A stretch of 64,000 bases of DNA from Macrostomum lignano (lineage: Eukaryota), in contig NIVC01000491.1 of assembly GCA_002269645.1 (NCBI GenBank), forward strand, positions 124,001 to 188,000, read 5' to 3'. Position 1 is the first letter of the stretch; each line of letters starts with the position of its first letter. A program made the position numbers and the translations under genes. Shown here one piece after another: positions 36,779-47,624 of this stretch. Under the pieces are notes generated by a model, which saw nothing but the letters and a program-made list of their open reading frames with translations, searched no databases and was not told the DNA's origin.

Positions 36779-39700
36779 GGTCCGTACACCCTGTTCTCTC
36801 TTTTTTCATAAAGATTTGAGTCCAGCGAACAAACAGCCCATTGAAGTAATTTTGATCTCTAATTTTGGCAGGAACTTAAGTGGGGACTTCAGACTGCGAC
36901 AAAAATAACACAGTTTCTTCAGGAACCAGCAAACTAAATATTCATCAACTAATGCTAAAATATTCCACAGAAAAACATAGAAAAATAAAGTAACTCATCA
37001 ATGTAATTGTGAGCGGCAATAGAATTACTTCTAGAGTAATACGTGCTCGTTGAGATTTTTGGCCCCAGAGCGAGCGACAGAGAGACTTAGTAGATGAGTT
37101 TGACGCCCAGGTGAGCTGGAAACATCACAGAGCAGAAGACGCGCAGTATTGTAAAACTTGAGGGGCGCATGCACGAGATGCCACAAATGCAGCGAGTCCT
37201 GTGAGTGAACCGCTCGCCAAAAAATGTCTTTCATAGCCCCCCGACTGCGCGAGATTGCAATCTGTTCAAAAGCTGCTGCAGCAGAGAATCGCGCACAGAA
37301 TGCTATAGCCAGTCGGGCAGACAGCCTTCGGACACTCCAACCCCAGCTTGAGCCGCAGGCGCAGACGGCAGGCCATTGCACATTGCACACACACACACTG
37401 GGGCTGGTTAACTGCCAATAAGTTTTCTGGCTTTCTCCTCTTCTCTCTTTCAGGTCTGACCCTCAACAGCCCCCGCCCTTAGTCCCCAAAGGTCTCATTC
37501 TATTTCTCTAGCGAAACTAGCACCTACTCACGCATTGGCTGTCCCAGCTGTCTCGCAGGCAAAACGCAAACCGAAACCCCCTATTACAGACAGGATCAGT
37601 GGAGCAACTTCTGAGAAAGATAAACTCTCAACTAGAAGCAGACACAGCGGCTTTAGTTGAGTCAACTCAAGCGGCCACGAAAGGAGTCACTACTAGCGCT
37701 GCCTGCGATAAAAAAGTCATGATGCGATCCAGACGAACTTCTGCTGGCGGCGACAACCACAGGAATGGATATGTAAGTGAAGTCTGCGCTATCGTTCTCA
37801 GATTGGTTTAACTGCTTCCTTAGTTCTCGAAATACCTGGATTATAAATTCGGAATTCTAATAGTAATATGATTACAGTAATGTGCAGATGTGCAACCGAC
37901 AGCTCAGCCGCAGCTATTTAAGCGGCGCATCTGAAGGCTGCGTACGGCTGTTCAGTCCAAGGACTGGGGGGGGGGGTCGCCATACACAGCCTCAATTATC
38001 CCAGCTAATGCTGGCACCCATTTTACAGCTGGGTGAACTGAAGAAATGTAGAGTTAAGCGTCTTGCTCAAGGAAACAACTTCTTAGGTCGAGAATCTTCT
38101 GAAATTTCAATAGATTGGTGCTTTTTTATGCGTTTCTAGTCAAGAAAAAACATGCTTGTAGTAGACTTCTTTTTCTGGAATTGAATTGAAAAAAATACAT
38201 ACATATTAAAACAAACAAATCCGTCAAAATCCATCTCGACACAGTCCGGCACACCTGACTTTGAGAACGGCGTCATTGTCAAGCAGCGCAAAGAGCTGCA
38301 GCTGCTGGTCTCGGAGCTGCGAGAACGCGACACCGAGCTCAACGAGTTGGTCAACTCGCACCAGAAGCAGCTCAGCAACTGGGAGGCGGACAGAAAGCGG
38401 CTCATTGTACTGGAAGAGAAGCTCCGACAGAAGGACCAAGAGTTGCAGGAGAAGAACGGGCAGGTGAGCATCAATTAACGCGGCTCTCAACCATAAAAAA
38501 GAGTTTTATTGAACTCTAAAAACATTCCTACATTGCAGCTGAAGTCTGCCATGTCCCGCCTGGAAGAGTCAGTCAAGCAGTCCGAAGAGCGAGCCCTGCA
38601 GGTGCAGGAGCTGCAGAAGCAGCAGGACCGCCTGCAGGACGAGAGCGCCGGCCTGCGCGGCACCTGCGAAGAGCTGGAGGACACAAACTACCAGCTGGAC
38701 CGGAGGCTGCGCGAGACCAGCGCTCAACTCGTCCAGGTGGAGACCCGAGCTGGTCAACTTGAGCAGGATGTGCACACGGCTGCTCAGAACCTGCACCAGC
38801 TGCTCCACCGACTCAAAGCCAGCGACACGTCTCGGAAAGAGCTCCAATCCCAGCAGGAAGAGCAGCGTCAGGAGAACGAGCAGCTGCGGGCTGAGATTCG
38901 AAAGCTGGCCGGCGAGAGCCGCGACCTGCTTCGCGTCAACGAGAAACTCCAGCAGCAGAGCGAGCAGCTGCAGAAAGACTGCCAGCTCGCCGCTGAAAGG
39001 GAACGACGCAAGGACGAGCTGGTGCAGAGCCAGCGACTCAAGCAAGAGCGGACAGACGCCGAGTTGCAGCAGCTGCGCGGGATGTACGAACGAATGCAGA
39101 TGGACTTGGCCGCGCTGACTACCAATCTGGACACGAATCGGGACGGTGCAGCCGGCGGCGGGACTGACGGAGGCGCGCTGCTGGAGGCCGACCTGGCCAG
39201 GTGGACCGGCGGCAGCTCCCGCGGCGGCGCGAACGGCAGCGCGCCTGCAGCAGTCAACGGCAGGCAGCAGCGACCTCCGCCGGCGTCGCTGCCGCTGTCC
39301 AGCAAGCCGCCACTGCGACGCGGCCCGCCGTCGACTGCGGCGTCCGTGGCCTCGTCGACGTTTTCACAGCCTCCCGCATCGTCGCAGCATTATCAGCAGC
39401 ATCATCATTATCAGCAACAACAGCAGCAGCAGCAGCAGCCGCCGCCGCCGCCCTATCACGTGGGCAGCGGCCGATTTCTAGGAAACAGCAGCGGCGGCGG
39501 CAGCGGCGGCGGCGGCGGCAGCGGCGGCAGATCCGGCGGCTCCCTGCCCGACTTGAGCCCCGGCGCCAACGAGGACTCCGACAGGTGGGCCGCCGCCTCC
39601 AAACGACTCGGCGGACGCGAATCCTCATCTGGGAGGCTGGTAAGTCAGGCTAGGATTCTCGAGTTTGGTTTCTTATTGAACTCACGTGTCTTTAGTATTG

Positions 39701-39849
39701 GGTCACGATTTACCTGATCGCTTGCTTCATTCGCACTGCAGCACAGCGGCCACTATGGCAACGGAAACCTACCGTACTATTCGTCCTCGCTGGACAAATC
39801 AGTGCTCTACTCAAAAGATCTGCGCGACTACGCGTCAGATTTGGCATGA
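33797..39849 (+). CDS. CCDC62: Coiled-coil domain-containing protein 62 orthologue; the two upstream exons are tentative
   Basis: Core exons 38245-38463, 38539-39639 and 39742-39849 (TGA). They encode VIVKQRKELQLLVSELRERDTELNELVNSHQKQLSNWEADRKR and AERERRKDELVQSQRLKQERTDAELQQLRGMY, which match from recall the human CCDC62 motifs KQRKELQLLIGELKDRDKELN and EREKRKDELL..KSKQERT. Tentative phase-0 upstream exons: 33797-34105 and ~37590-37772. Confidence 0.8.
34560..34860. repeat. TC-rich low-complexity tract (with a GA-rich tract at ~34290-34445)
   Basis: Direct observation. Confidence 0.85.
35568..35657. repeat. (GATA)n microsatellite
   Basis: Direct observation. Confidence 0.95.
36724..36778. 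repeat. (TCTG)n microsatellite
   Basis: Direct observation. Confidence 0.9.
37900..38095 (+). mobile_element. Possible SINE remnant with a conserved central-domain motif
   Basis: CTGGCACCCATTTTACAGCTGGGTGAACTG...TTAAGCGTCTTGCTCAAGGAAACAAC resembles, from memory, the Nin/Deu-type SINE core; boundaries unclear. Confidence 0.4.
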
Positions 39850-40419
39850 GAAGCGCACTGCCCTGCCCACTGCCGAATCTTCACTTCAAATCCAATTGGA
39901 TCAGAATATTTATACAAAACAGCGACAGTTTTGGCGTCAGTTTGAACCATCTGAGGACCCAATTGCATTGACCAAGCGGCTGCGTGTCTGTGATGATTCA
40001 GCGATCTATTTTATACATATTATAACAAAATCTAGCAGTTTTTATATTCCTGTTTATATTCTCTTCAATAGCAAACGCTTGTGATTTTGTGTTAAGCATC
40101 TGTGCTTTTCTGTTTAAATGCGCTTCACTATACACTGGCCTACATGTACGTGTGACCTTTATTTGCTCGCACCTAATCTGCATGATGTTATTTACACTGT
40201 ATGCTCTCCACCCCAAGAGCGGGGCTTAGCGAAGTTTAATAAACGTTGACATCAAGTTAGAAACCGGATCGAATGCAATGTGAAGTACACTTGGATGGAG
40301 TCACCGCATCCTTGGGAGGGATAAAAGTTGATCATGAACAATGACTAGGGTTTACTTGATCGTATTTTGTCGGTCTGAGAACTACCGTCTGAGTTTTTAC
40401 CAGTATCAGTCTAACTCGA

Positions 40420-40952
40420 TATAATTCGATCGATAATTCTAGTCTTTCTTCGCATTCACCTCAAAAAGATCGATAATTTTGGTCTTTCTCCGCATCCACC
40501 CCAAAAAGATCGATAATTTTGGTCTTTCTTCGCATTCACCTCAAAAAGATCGATAATTTTGGTTTTTCTCCGCATCCACCCCAAAAAGATCGATAATTTT
40601 GGTCTTTCTTCGCATCCACCCCAAAAAGATCGATAATTTTGGTCTTTCTTCGCATTCACCTCAAAAAGATCGATAATTTTGGTTTTTCTCCGCATCCACC
40701 CCAAAAAGATTGATAAATTTGATTTTTCTCCGCATCCACCCCAAAACGATCGATAATTTTGGTCTTTCTCGGTCTTTCTCCGCATCACCCCAAAAAGATC
40801 GATAATTTTGGTCTTTCTCGGTCTTTCTCCGCATCCACCCCAAAAGGATCGATAATTTAGATTTTTCTCCGCATCCACCCCAAAACGATCGATAATTCAG
40901 GTCTTTCTTCGCATTCACCTCAAAAAGATCGATAATTTTGGTCTTTATCCGC
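40420..40952. repeat. 40-bp satellite (GATCGATAATTTTGGTCTTTCTCCGCATCCACCCCAAAAA), left half
   Basis: Period 40 (e.g. 40468, 40508); same family as 54095-54640. Confidence 0.93.
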
Positions 40953-43022
40953 AGCCGACATCAGCGCACCACAGAGGGCATCGGTTTAGCAGCAGCGGCA
41001 GCGGCAACGGCGGCAGCGGCAGCGGCAACGGCGGCAGCGGCAGCGGCAACGGCGGCAGCGGCAGCTCATGCAAAAGCTGTGGCGGTTCCCACGAGCGTCA
41101 TTCATGCAAGTTCAGGGACGCCAAGTGCCATGCATGCGGCAAGGTCGGCCACATCCGCAAGGTCTGCCAGTCTACCAAGTAGGCCAAGCTGCACATGCTG
41201 CAAGAGGTGCGGATGGCGCCTACTGTCGAAGGCGCGTGTGACACCCAGGCGCCGATCTTCGCAGTCCAACCATCAGGCAGCAACGCCGGCCCGTCAGTTC
41301 TGCTGCTCGTCAACGGCCAGGAATGTCAATTTGCCATCGACACCGGCTACAACTGCTTCCTCAGCTACAACTGGCTCCATCGGCTGCATTTCTGCAAACC
41401 TTCACCAATGAACGCTTTCATCCGCGAGGCCAAGCCTCAGTTTGCGTCCAGCACAACGCCCAGCAGCTACAGCTAGCGCTGCTTGTAGTCGACAAAGGAG
41501 ACACGGCGCTGCTGGGACGAGACTGGCTGGCTCACCTTCGGCTGGACTGGCCGACAATTATGGCCCAGGTGCACGCCGTGTCGGCCGATAACGACATCAG
41601 CGACCTGCATGAGAGATTCGCTGCGGTGTTCAATGACCGACTTGGCGAATATCGACACGGTAAAGTGCGGCTCAATGTCGTCGACGGTGCCCAACCTCGG
41701 TTCTTTAAAGCCCGCCTGGTTCCGTATGCCCTACGAGAGCGCGTGGACGACGAGCTGCAGAGACTGGAGGCCAACGGCATCATTTCGGCGGTTAAGCACA
41801 GCGACTGGGCCTCTCCGATCGTTCCGGTGGTCAAGAAGGATGGCGGCGTCAGGATTTGCAGTGATTATACGCAAACTTTCAACACGGCGTGCCTGACCGA
41901 GCAGTATCCTCTGCCCAAGATCGAGGACCTGTTTGCCAAGCTGGGAGGCGGCTGCAAGTGGACAAAGCTCGATCTGTCCAATGCCTTCCTGCAGCTTCCG
42001 CTCGCCGAAGACAGCAAAGCCTTCGTCACGATCAACACGCCGAAGGGACTCTACCAGTTCAATCGCATGCCTTTTGGCATCAAGTGCGCCACTGCGATCT
42101 TCCAACGGACGCTGGACACTCTGCTAGGAGATCTCGACTCAGTCCTGGTGTTTGTCGATGACATCCTGGTCACCGGCAAGACGATGCACCAACATAAGAA
42201 AACCTGGAAGAAGTTCTGCAGCGCCTCCTTGAGTCGGGACTCAGGCCGACCTGACCGACTTCGCCAGGCGCCAGAGCGAGCTGTCCATTGACCAGGGCTG
42301 CGTGCTGTGAGGCGCTCGAGTTTTGATGCCACAACAAGTGTTGAACGAGCTGCACCAAGCCCACCCTGGCATCAGCCGCATGCGCGCCCTCGCGAGAAGC
42401 TACGTCTGGTGGCCAAGTATCGACAAAGACCTGGAGGCCGCAGTAAAAGCCTGTCGCACCTGCCAGCTCAATCAGGCGGATCCATCCAAGGCCCCGGTGC
42501 AGCCATGGCCATTCCCGACTGAGCCATGGGAGCGGTTGCACATCGACTTCGCGGGACCCGTGGACGGCCGCACTTACCTGGTCCTGGTCGACGCGCACAG
42601 CAAGTGGCCAGAGGTGCACAGGATGAGCAGCACCACTGCAACTGCGACGATCAGCTGCCTGCGAGAAATCTTCGCTCGTCTCGGCCTACCGAGAAGCTTG
42701 GTGTCGGACAACGGGCCACAATTCGCTTCAGCCGAGTTTGCTGAATTCGTCAGTTCCAACCGCATCCGGCACATCTTCTCGGCGCCATTTCACCCGGCGA
42801 CCAACGGCCAGGCTGAGCGCTTCGTGTCCAGGTACTGAAGCGGCATCTGAGCAAGTGTGGTCCCTCCGATAAGCAGCTGCAACGACTGCTGATGGCCTAC
42901 CGCAATACTCCGCACAGCGTCAGTGGCACCGCGCCGAGTCATCTGCTCATCGGCCGCCGGCTGCGCAGCCGGCTGGATCTCCTGACACCATCGTTGACTT
43001 CGGCCATGCAACAGCGACAGCA
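40953..43022 (+). mobile_element. Degenerate Ty3/Gypsy (Mag-like) LTR retrotransposon, 5'-truncated: gag zinc knuckles, protease, RT, integrase; RT C-terminus/RNase H largely deleted
   Basis: [13 protein letters not shown] and [14 protein letters not shown]; AIDTG; SPIVPVVKKDGGVRICSDY, LDLSNAFLQ, FVDDIL; integrase HQAHPG...WWPSIDKDL...CRTCQ, HIDFAGP, SDNGPQF, HPATNGQAER. Contains stops and frameshifts. Confidence 0.93.
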
Positions 43023-43034
43023 TGGCCAGCCCCC

Positions 43035-43122
43035 CAGCACAGCACAGCCCCCACACCTCCTCGCGGTGTGCTGCGGACGGTGGACAAATGTCGACAGGCA
43101 GATGTGCACTGACTAAAGGGGC
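43035..43122 (+). ncRNA. HDV-like self-cleaving ribozyme fold at the LINE 5' end
   Basis: P1 CAGCAC/GTGCTG; P2 GCCCC/GGGGC; P3 ACC/GGT closing L3 TCCTCGC; P1.1 GG at 43075-43076; P4 CGGTG/CACTG; J4/2 ACTAAA. Confidence 0.75.
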
Positions 43123-43197
43123 ACACCTAGTACCTACAAGAGCTACTGTGACGACAGGTTGAAGTTGGCGGGAGATGTGGAGAAGAATCCTGGACCA
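43123..43197 (+). other. 2A (StopGo) ribosome-skipping peptide
   Basis: TPSTYKSYCDDRLKLAGDVEKNPG|P matches the D(V/I)ExNPGP consensus with an LKLAG context. Confidence 0.9.
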
Positions 43198-46100
43198 AGG
43201 TCGAATGAGGTGGAAAAACCCTGTGCAGTCTGCGCTAAGAGGACAAATGGAAGAGGACCAGTCTGCGGCGGGTGCGAAAACCATATGCACCTGGGCTGCA
43301 GCAGGATGAAACGAGGTGAACTCTACGACCTGGAGAAGGTGGAAAGGCGGCGTGAATGGATGGGACCGTGCTGCAAGCGCGACGAGGAAGAAAGGAGGCT
43401 TGGGAAGCATCACGGAAAAGAAAGGAGTGAGCTAGAAAAGTTGGAGCGATGTATAGTGTGCGGAAAGGCCATCAGGAGGGACCAATCGAGTCTAAAATGT
43501 GAAGACTGCGGAGCCGTGGGGCACCGGCAATGTACGGGGCTCAGTAGATGGGCCAAAGAGCAAGGAGCCAGATGGAGACGCCAGGAATGCCGTGAGGAGA
43601 GGCAGGAGGACAAAGCGCTGGGGAAGAAAGCGCCGATGGAGAAGCAGGAGACGGGGCAGGACCCGATGAAGAAGGGACGGTGCGCGGTCTGCGGTAGATT
43701 CAGAAGGACGGGACACGGCACCAGCTGCAGACGCTGTGGCAAAGAAGTGCACTGGACTTGCGCTGGTCTGGGCAGCCGTACGGCTAAGGAAAGAATGAAG
43801 CAGCTTGGAGGCTTTACTCGTATGTGCACGGAGTGTGAGAAGGAAAAACAAGTGAAACCCGAAAAAACGGCGGAGATGAAGCAGGACACGGAGGTGAGCG
43901 ACGAAGGCATCAGCATCCTGCAATGAAACTGTGACAACTTGATGGCTAAGATCCCGGAGCTGAAAGTCTTCTTGGACAAGCACGATGTAGACGTTGCCAT
44001 GCTCCAGGAGACCAAGTTGAGAGCTGAGGACGGAACCATCAATGTGGCTGGCTTTGAAGAGGTCAGGCAGGACAGAACCCGGCAGCAAGCTATCCGGAAC
44101 TCCGGGGGGGAGGACTGGTCACGCTCATCCGGCAGGGGATCCCCTACAGAATCTTAGGGGAGTACTGCAGCTATGGTGAGGATGGTGCGGAGATCCTAGC
44201 GGTCCAACTCACGAGGAATGGAGGTTCCATCAAGCTGGCGAATGTGTACATCTCCCCGGACAGAGGAGGAGGAGCGCAGGACATGGACAGGATCCCGAGC
44301 GGACAAAATTGGATAGTTGGAGGTGACTTTAATGCGCACCACGAGCTGTGGGACAATGAAATGGAAGCGGAGGTCGGGGAGAGCGTCTGGTAAACTGGAT
44401 GGACGACAACGATATGGTGGTTCTAAATACGGGCGATCCTACAAGGGACGCCAGAGGTGATAGTAGGGATTCGGCGCCAGATGTCACGTTTTGCTACCAC
44501 ACGCAAGAGGCGCGCTGGGGCTGGCAGACGGTCAAAGAGCTGGGATCGGATCATAGACCGATCATCATGAGTAGCGGCAGAAGCGGTAGACCGGAGGTGA
44601 GCAGAAAGATTATCACATGGAATTGGAGAAAGGCGGACTGGGAAGCCTATCGTGAGATGCTTTCGAAGCTGGCTCTGGAATACAACCCGGATGAGGGCTC
44701 TCCATCTGATGCTGAGAAACGGCTCAGGGAGGGCCTGTTAACGGCGGCCAGAAAGTGTATTGGATTGATCGCCAGGCAGACTCGCAACAGAGAAATGGTG
44801 GAACCGGAGACTAGAGTGGAGATGGAAGCTAGAGATGAGAAGAGAAAATTGGCGGACGAAAATGGTGATGGAGAGGCTGAATGGGCGGCGGCAAATGAAA
44901 AGCTGAGAGAGTATCAGGAGGAGCAAAGCCGAGGAGTGGAAAGCCCACGTCGAGGATAACGGAACTAGCGAAAGGATGTGGTCGGTGCTGCGTAAGTTGG
45001 ATGGGAAAGGAGTGGTCCGTGGCAGGGACAGGCTGCTCATCCACAACGGCAGAACGCGCGCCTCTGACTGTAAGCAAGGCTAACGCGTTCGCTAAGGAGT
45101 ACAGCAAAGTTAGCGACGTCAAAATCCCGGCAGAGAAGAGTAAAGTTGCCAATGAGGCGAACAAAATGCTTAGAGAGGAGGGCCCAAACAGTGAGGATGG
45201 GCAGGATATAACTATGCAAGAGCTCAAAGACTCTAAACAAGATGGACGGAAACAGAGCGGCAGGAATGGACAGAGTCCACCCCAGGCTGCTGAAGGCCAT
45301 CCCGGAGGCCCTGCTAAGCAAAGTGCTGGGCTTCTTCAACCGGCTACTAACCACTGGCGAAAGTCCGCAAAACTGGCGTATTATCCCGCTCCTCAAAGAC
45401 GGCAAGGACCCGGAGGAAGTGGGGTCTTCCGGTCAGCCTGACCGCGTGTATGTGCAAATGGATGGAAAGAATCCTGGCTAACAGAATCAGATACGTGCTG
45501 GAAACCAACAATCAGTTAAATGACGCGCAGGCAGGATTCAGGGAGAGCAGGAGCACAGAGGATCAGCTGCTGAGGCTCTCGCAGGCGGTGGACGATGGCT
45601 TCCAGAGAAGACAGTGTACGATGATCTTGGCGTTGTATGATTTCCTGAGGGCGTTCGACAAGGTATGGAGGGCGGGAGTGCTGTACAAACTCCTTAGAGC
45701 TGGAGTGAGCAGGAACATTGCCAGATGGATTAGAGGTTGGCTTACCAACAGATTAGCGAAGGTGCGGGTCGGCGACGAGGACAGTAAGGGCCGAAAGTTT
45801 ATCGAAAGCCTGCCGCAGGGGTCCGTGCTCTCGCCGATCCTGTTCATCCTGTTCCTGTTGGATGCGCTAGACGGTTTCGAAGGACTGCAAGCTAGCGGAT
45901 TCGCGGACGATCAGGCTACCTGGGTGAGCCACGAATCCAGAAAGGACGAGTGTAAAATACAGCAAGAAGCAGCAAACACAATCCACAGTTGGAGCAAGGA
46001 GTGGCTCATGCCCCTGGCAGCTCCCAAATGCTCCCTGACGCTGTTCAGCTCCGATGCGGCAGCTAGACCGACAGAGGAGGATCGTGTCTACATTGGCGAC

Positions 46101-47624
46101 CAAGCTATGAACTGGGTCATGACGCCCAAGTTCCTGGGGCTGACTTTTGATCCCAAGCTGACATTCAGGGCACATGTCCAGCAGGTCACGCAGAGTGCCA
46201 GGAAGAATATCAAATTGATGCGCAGAGTCGCAGACAAAGATTGGGGCTGGGAGTTGCAGCTTCTGCGTCTGACCTATGTGGCGGTCATCATGAGCGGAAT
46301 TCTATACGCGGCCACGGCCTGGACCCCTTGGATCGCAAAGGAGGGATGGCACCGGCTGGAAGTGGTTCAAAACTGCGCGGCCAGGATAACGACCGGACTC
46401 ATGAGTTCTACGCCTGTGGATGCTCTGAGAGCGGAAAGCGGATTGACATCGCTGGCGAGGAGGTGCAAGGCGCTGTGGACGGTTAAGCTGGAGCGGATGC
46501 TCAGATGCAAACCGGACTCACATCGAGGTAAACTGGCCCGAGTGGCGCCCAGACAGAGGCTTAGGAGACTTGGCTGGAGGAAGAAGGCAGGAGCGGGCAT
46601 GGCGGAGTGCAAGCTTCAGAATATGACCTTTGAGGACGAGGTGCCACCGCCACCATGGAAACCGCGTGGGAGGGATGCTGTTAAGATCGATGAAGTGAGG
46701 GAAATGCTGCCGGAGGACAATTAGAGGAAAGGACTTTACAGCATCATGGAACAGGGACCGATGGACCGGATACTCTACACGGACGGATCGGTGGTGGATG
46801 ACAAAGGAGGCAGTGGAGTGGTGGTGTGCCAACCCACGGATAATGACCCGAAGGGGGTCGGTAAAGTTGAGGCGACCATCCACCAAGCTGCGGGTACGCC
46901 CTGCTCATCTACGCAAGCGGAGCTCTATGCGGTCATCGCTGGCCTGAACTGGCTTGATGAATACGCCGGCAAATGAGGACGCGTCATGATCATCAGTGAC
47001 AGCCAGAGCTGCCTGCAAGCTATTAAAGGTCTGAGCAAAAACCCGTTGGCTATCAGAGCAAGGAAAATGCTGAGGAAGCTCGAGGAGGAACAGATTGATA
47101 TGGGTGCCCGCGCACTGCGGTCTTGCTGGAATTGAACTGGCGGATGAGGCGGCGAAAGTGGCGTCGACTAGGGCCCAGGATGGCATCACAGTGCCTGCCA
47201 GCAGCAGCAAAAATTACATTCAGAGTAAACTAGGCAGAGACGACGACAGATCGCACAGGAGGAGCAAGGAGACGTACGGCGAGCAGGGAGTGGCGCTCCA
47301 ACCGACGGGCCTTCGTAAGGATCGGAAGCGGTAGATTTCAGACGCTTCAGGAGTGGCCACTCCATGGATCTGGCGGCATACAGCAAACGGGTGGGCAAGC
47401 AAGAAGAAGGGTGGTGCACTAGGTGCGGCATGGCGCATGAGACGATTGAGCACGTTATGGACTGTCCCGTCACGCGCAGCCTGAGGGAGAAGCTGGATCT
47501 GCACGGGCTGAGAGATCTGAGCAGAAGGCCGGGGAACGCGGCTGAGTTCTGGAAGAGGTTCCGAGAGGAAGTACGTCACTAGCGGCTCGGTATCTAGGCA
47601 CACACACACACACACACACAATCA

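Noticed and set aside
38569-39653. Antisense and alternative-frame ORFs over CCDC62, and similar ones over ACSL, the GPCR and the retroelements
   Set aside because: Shadow ORFs of GC-rich coding sequence with no recognisable motifs.
41180-41182. In-frame TAG between Gypsy gag knuckles and protease as programmed readthrough
   Set aside because: The element has many other lesions, the context is not a recognised readthrough signal, and Mag-like elements usually have a single ORF; probably a CAG-to-TAG mutation.
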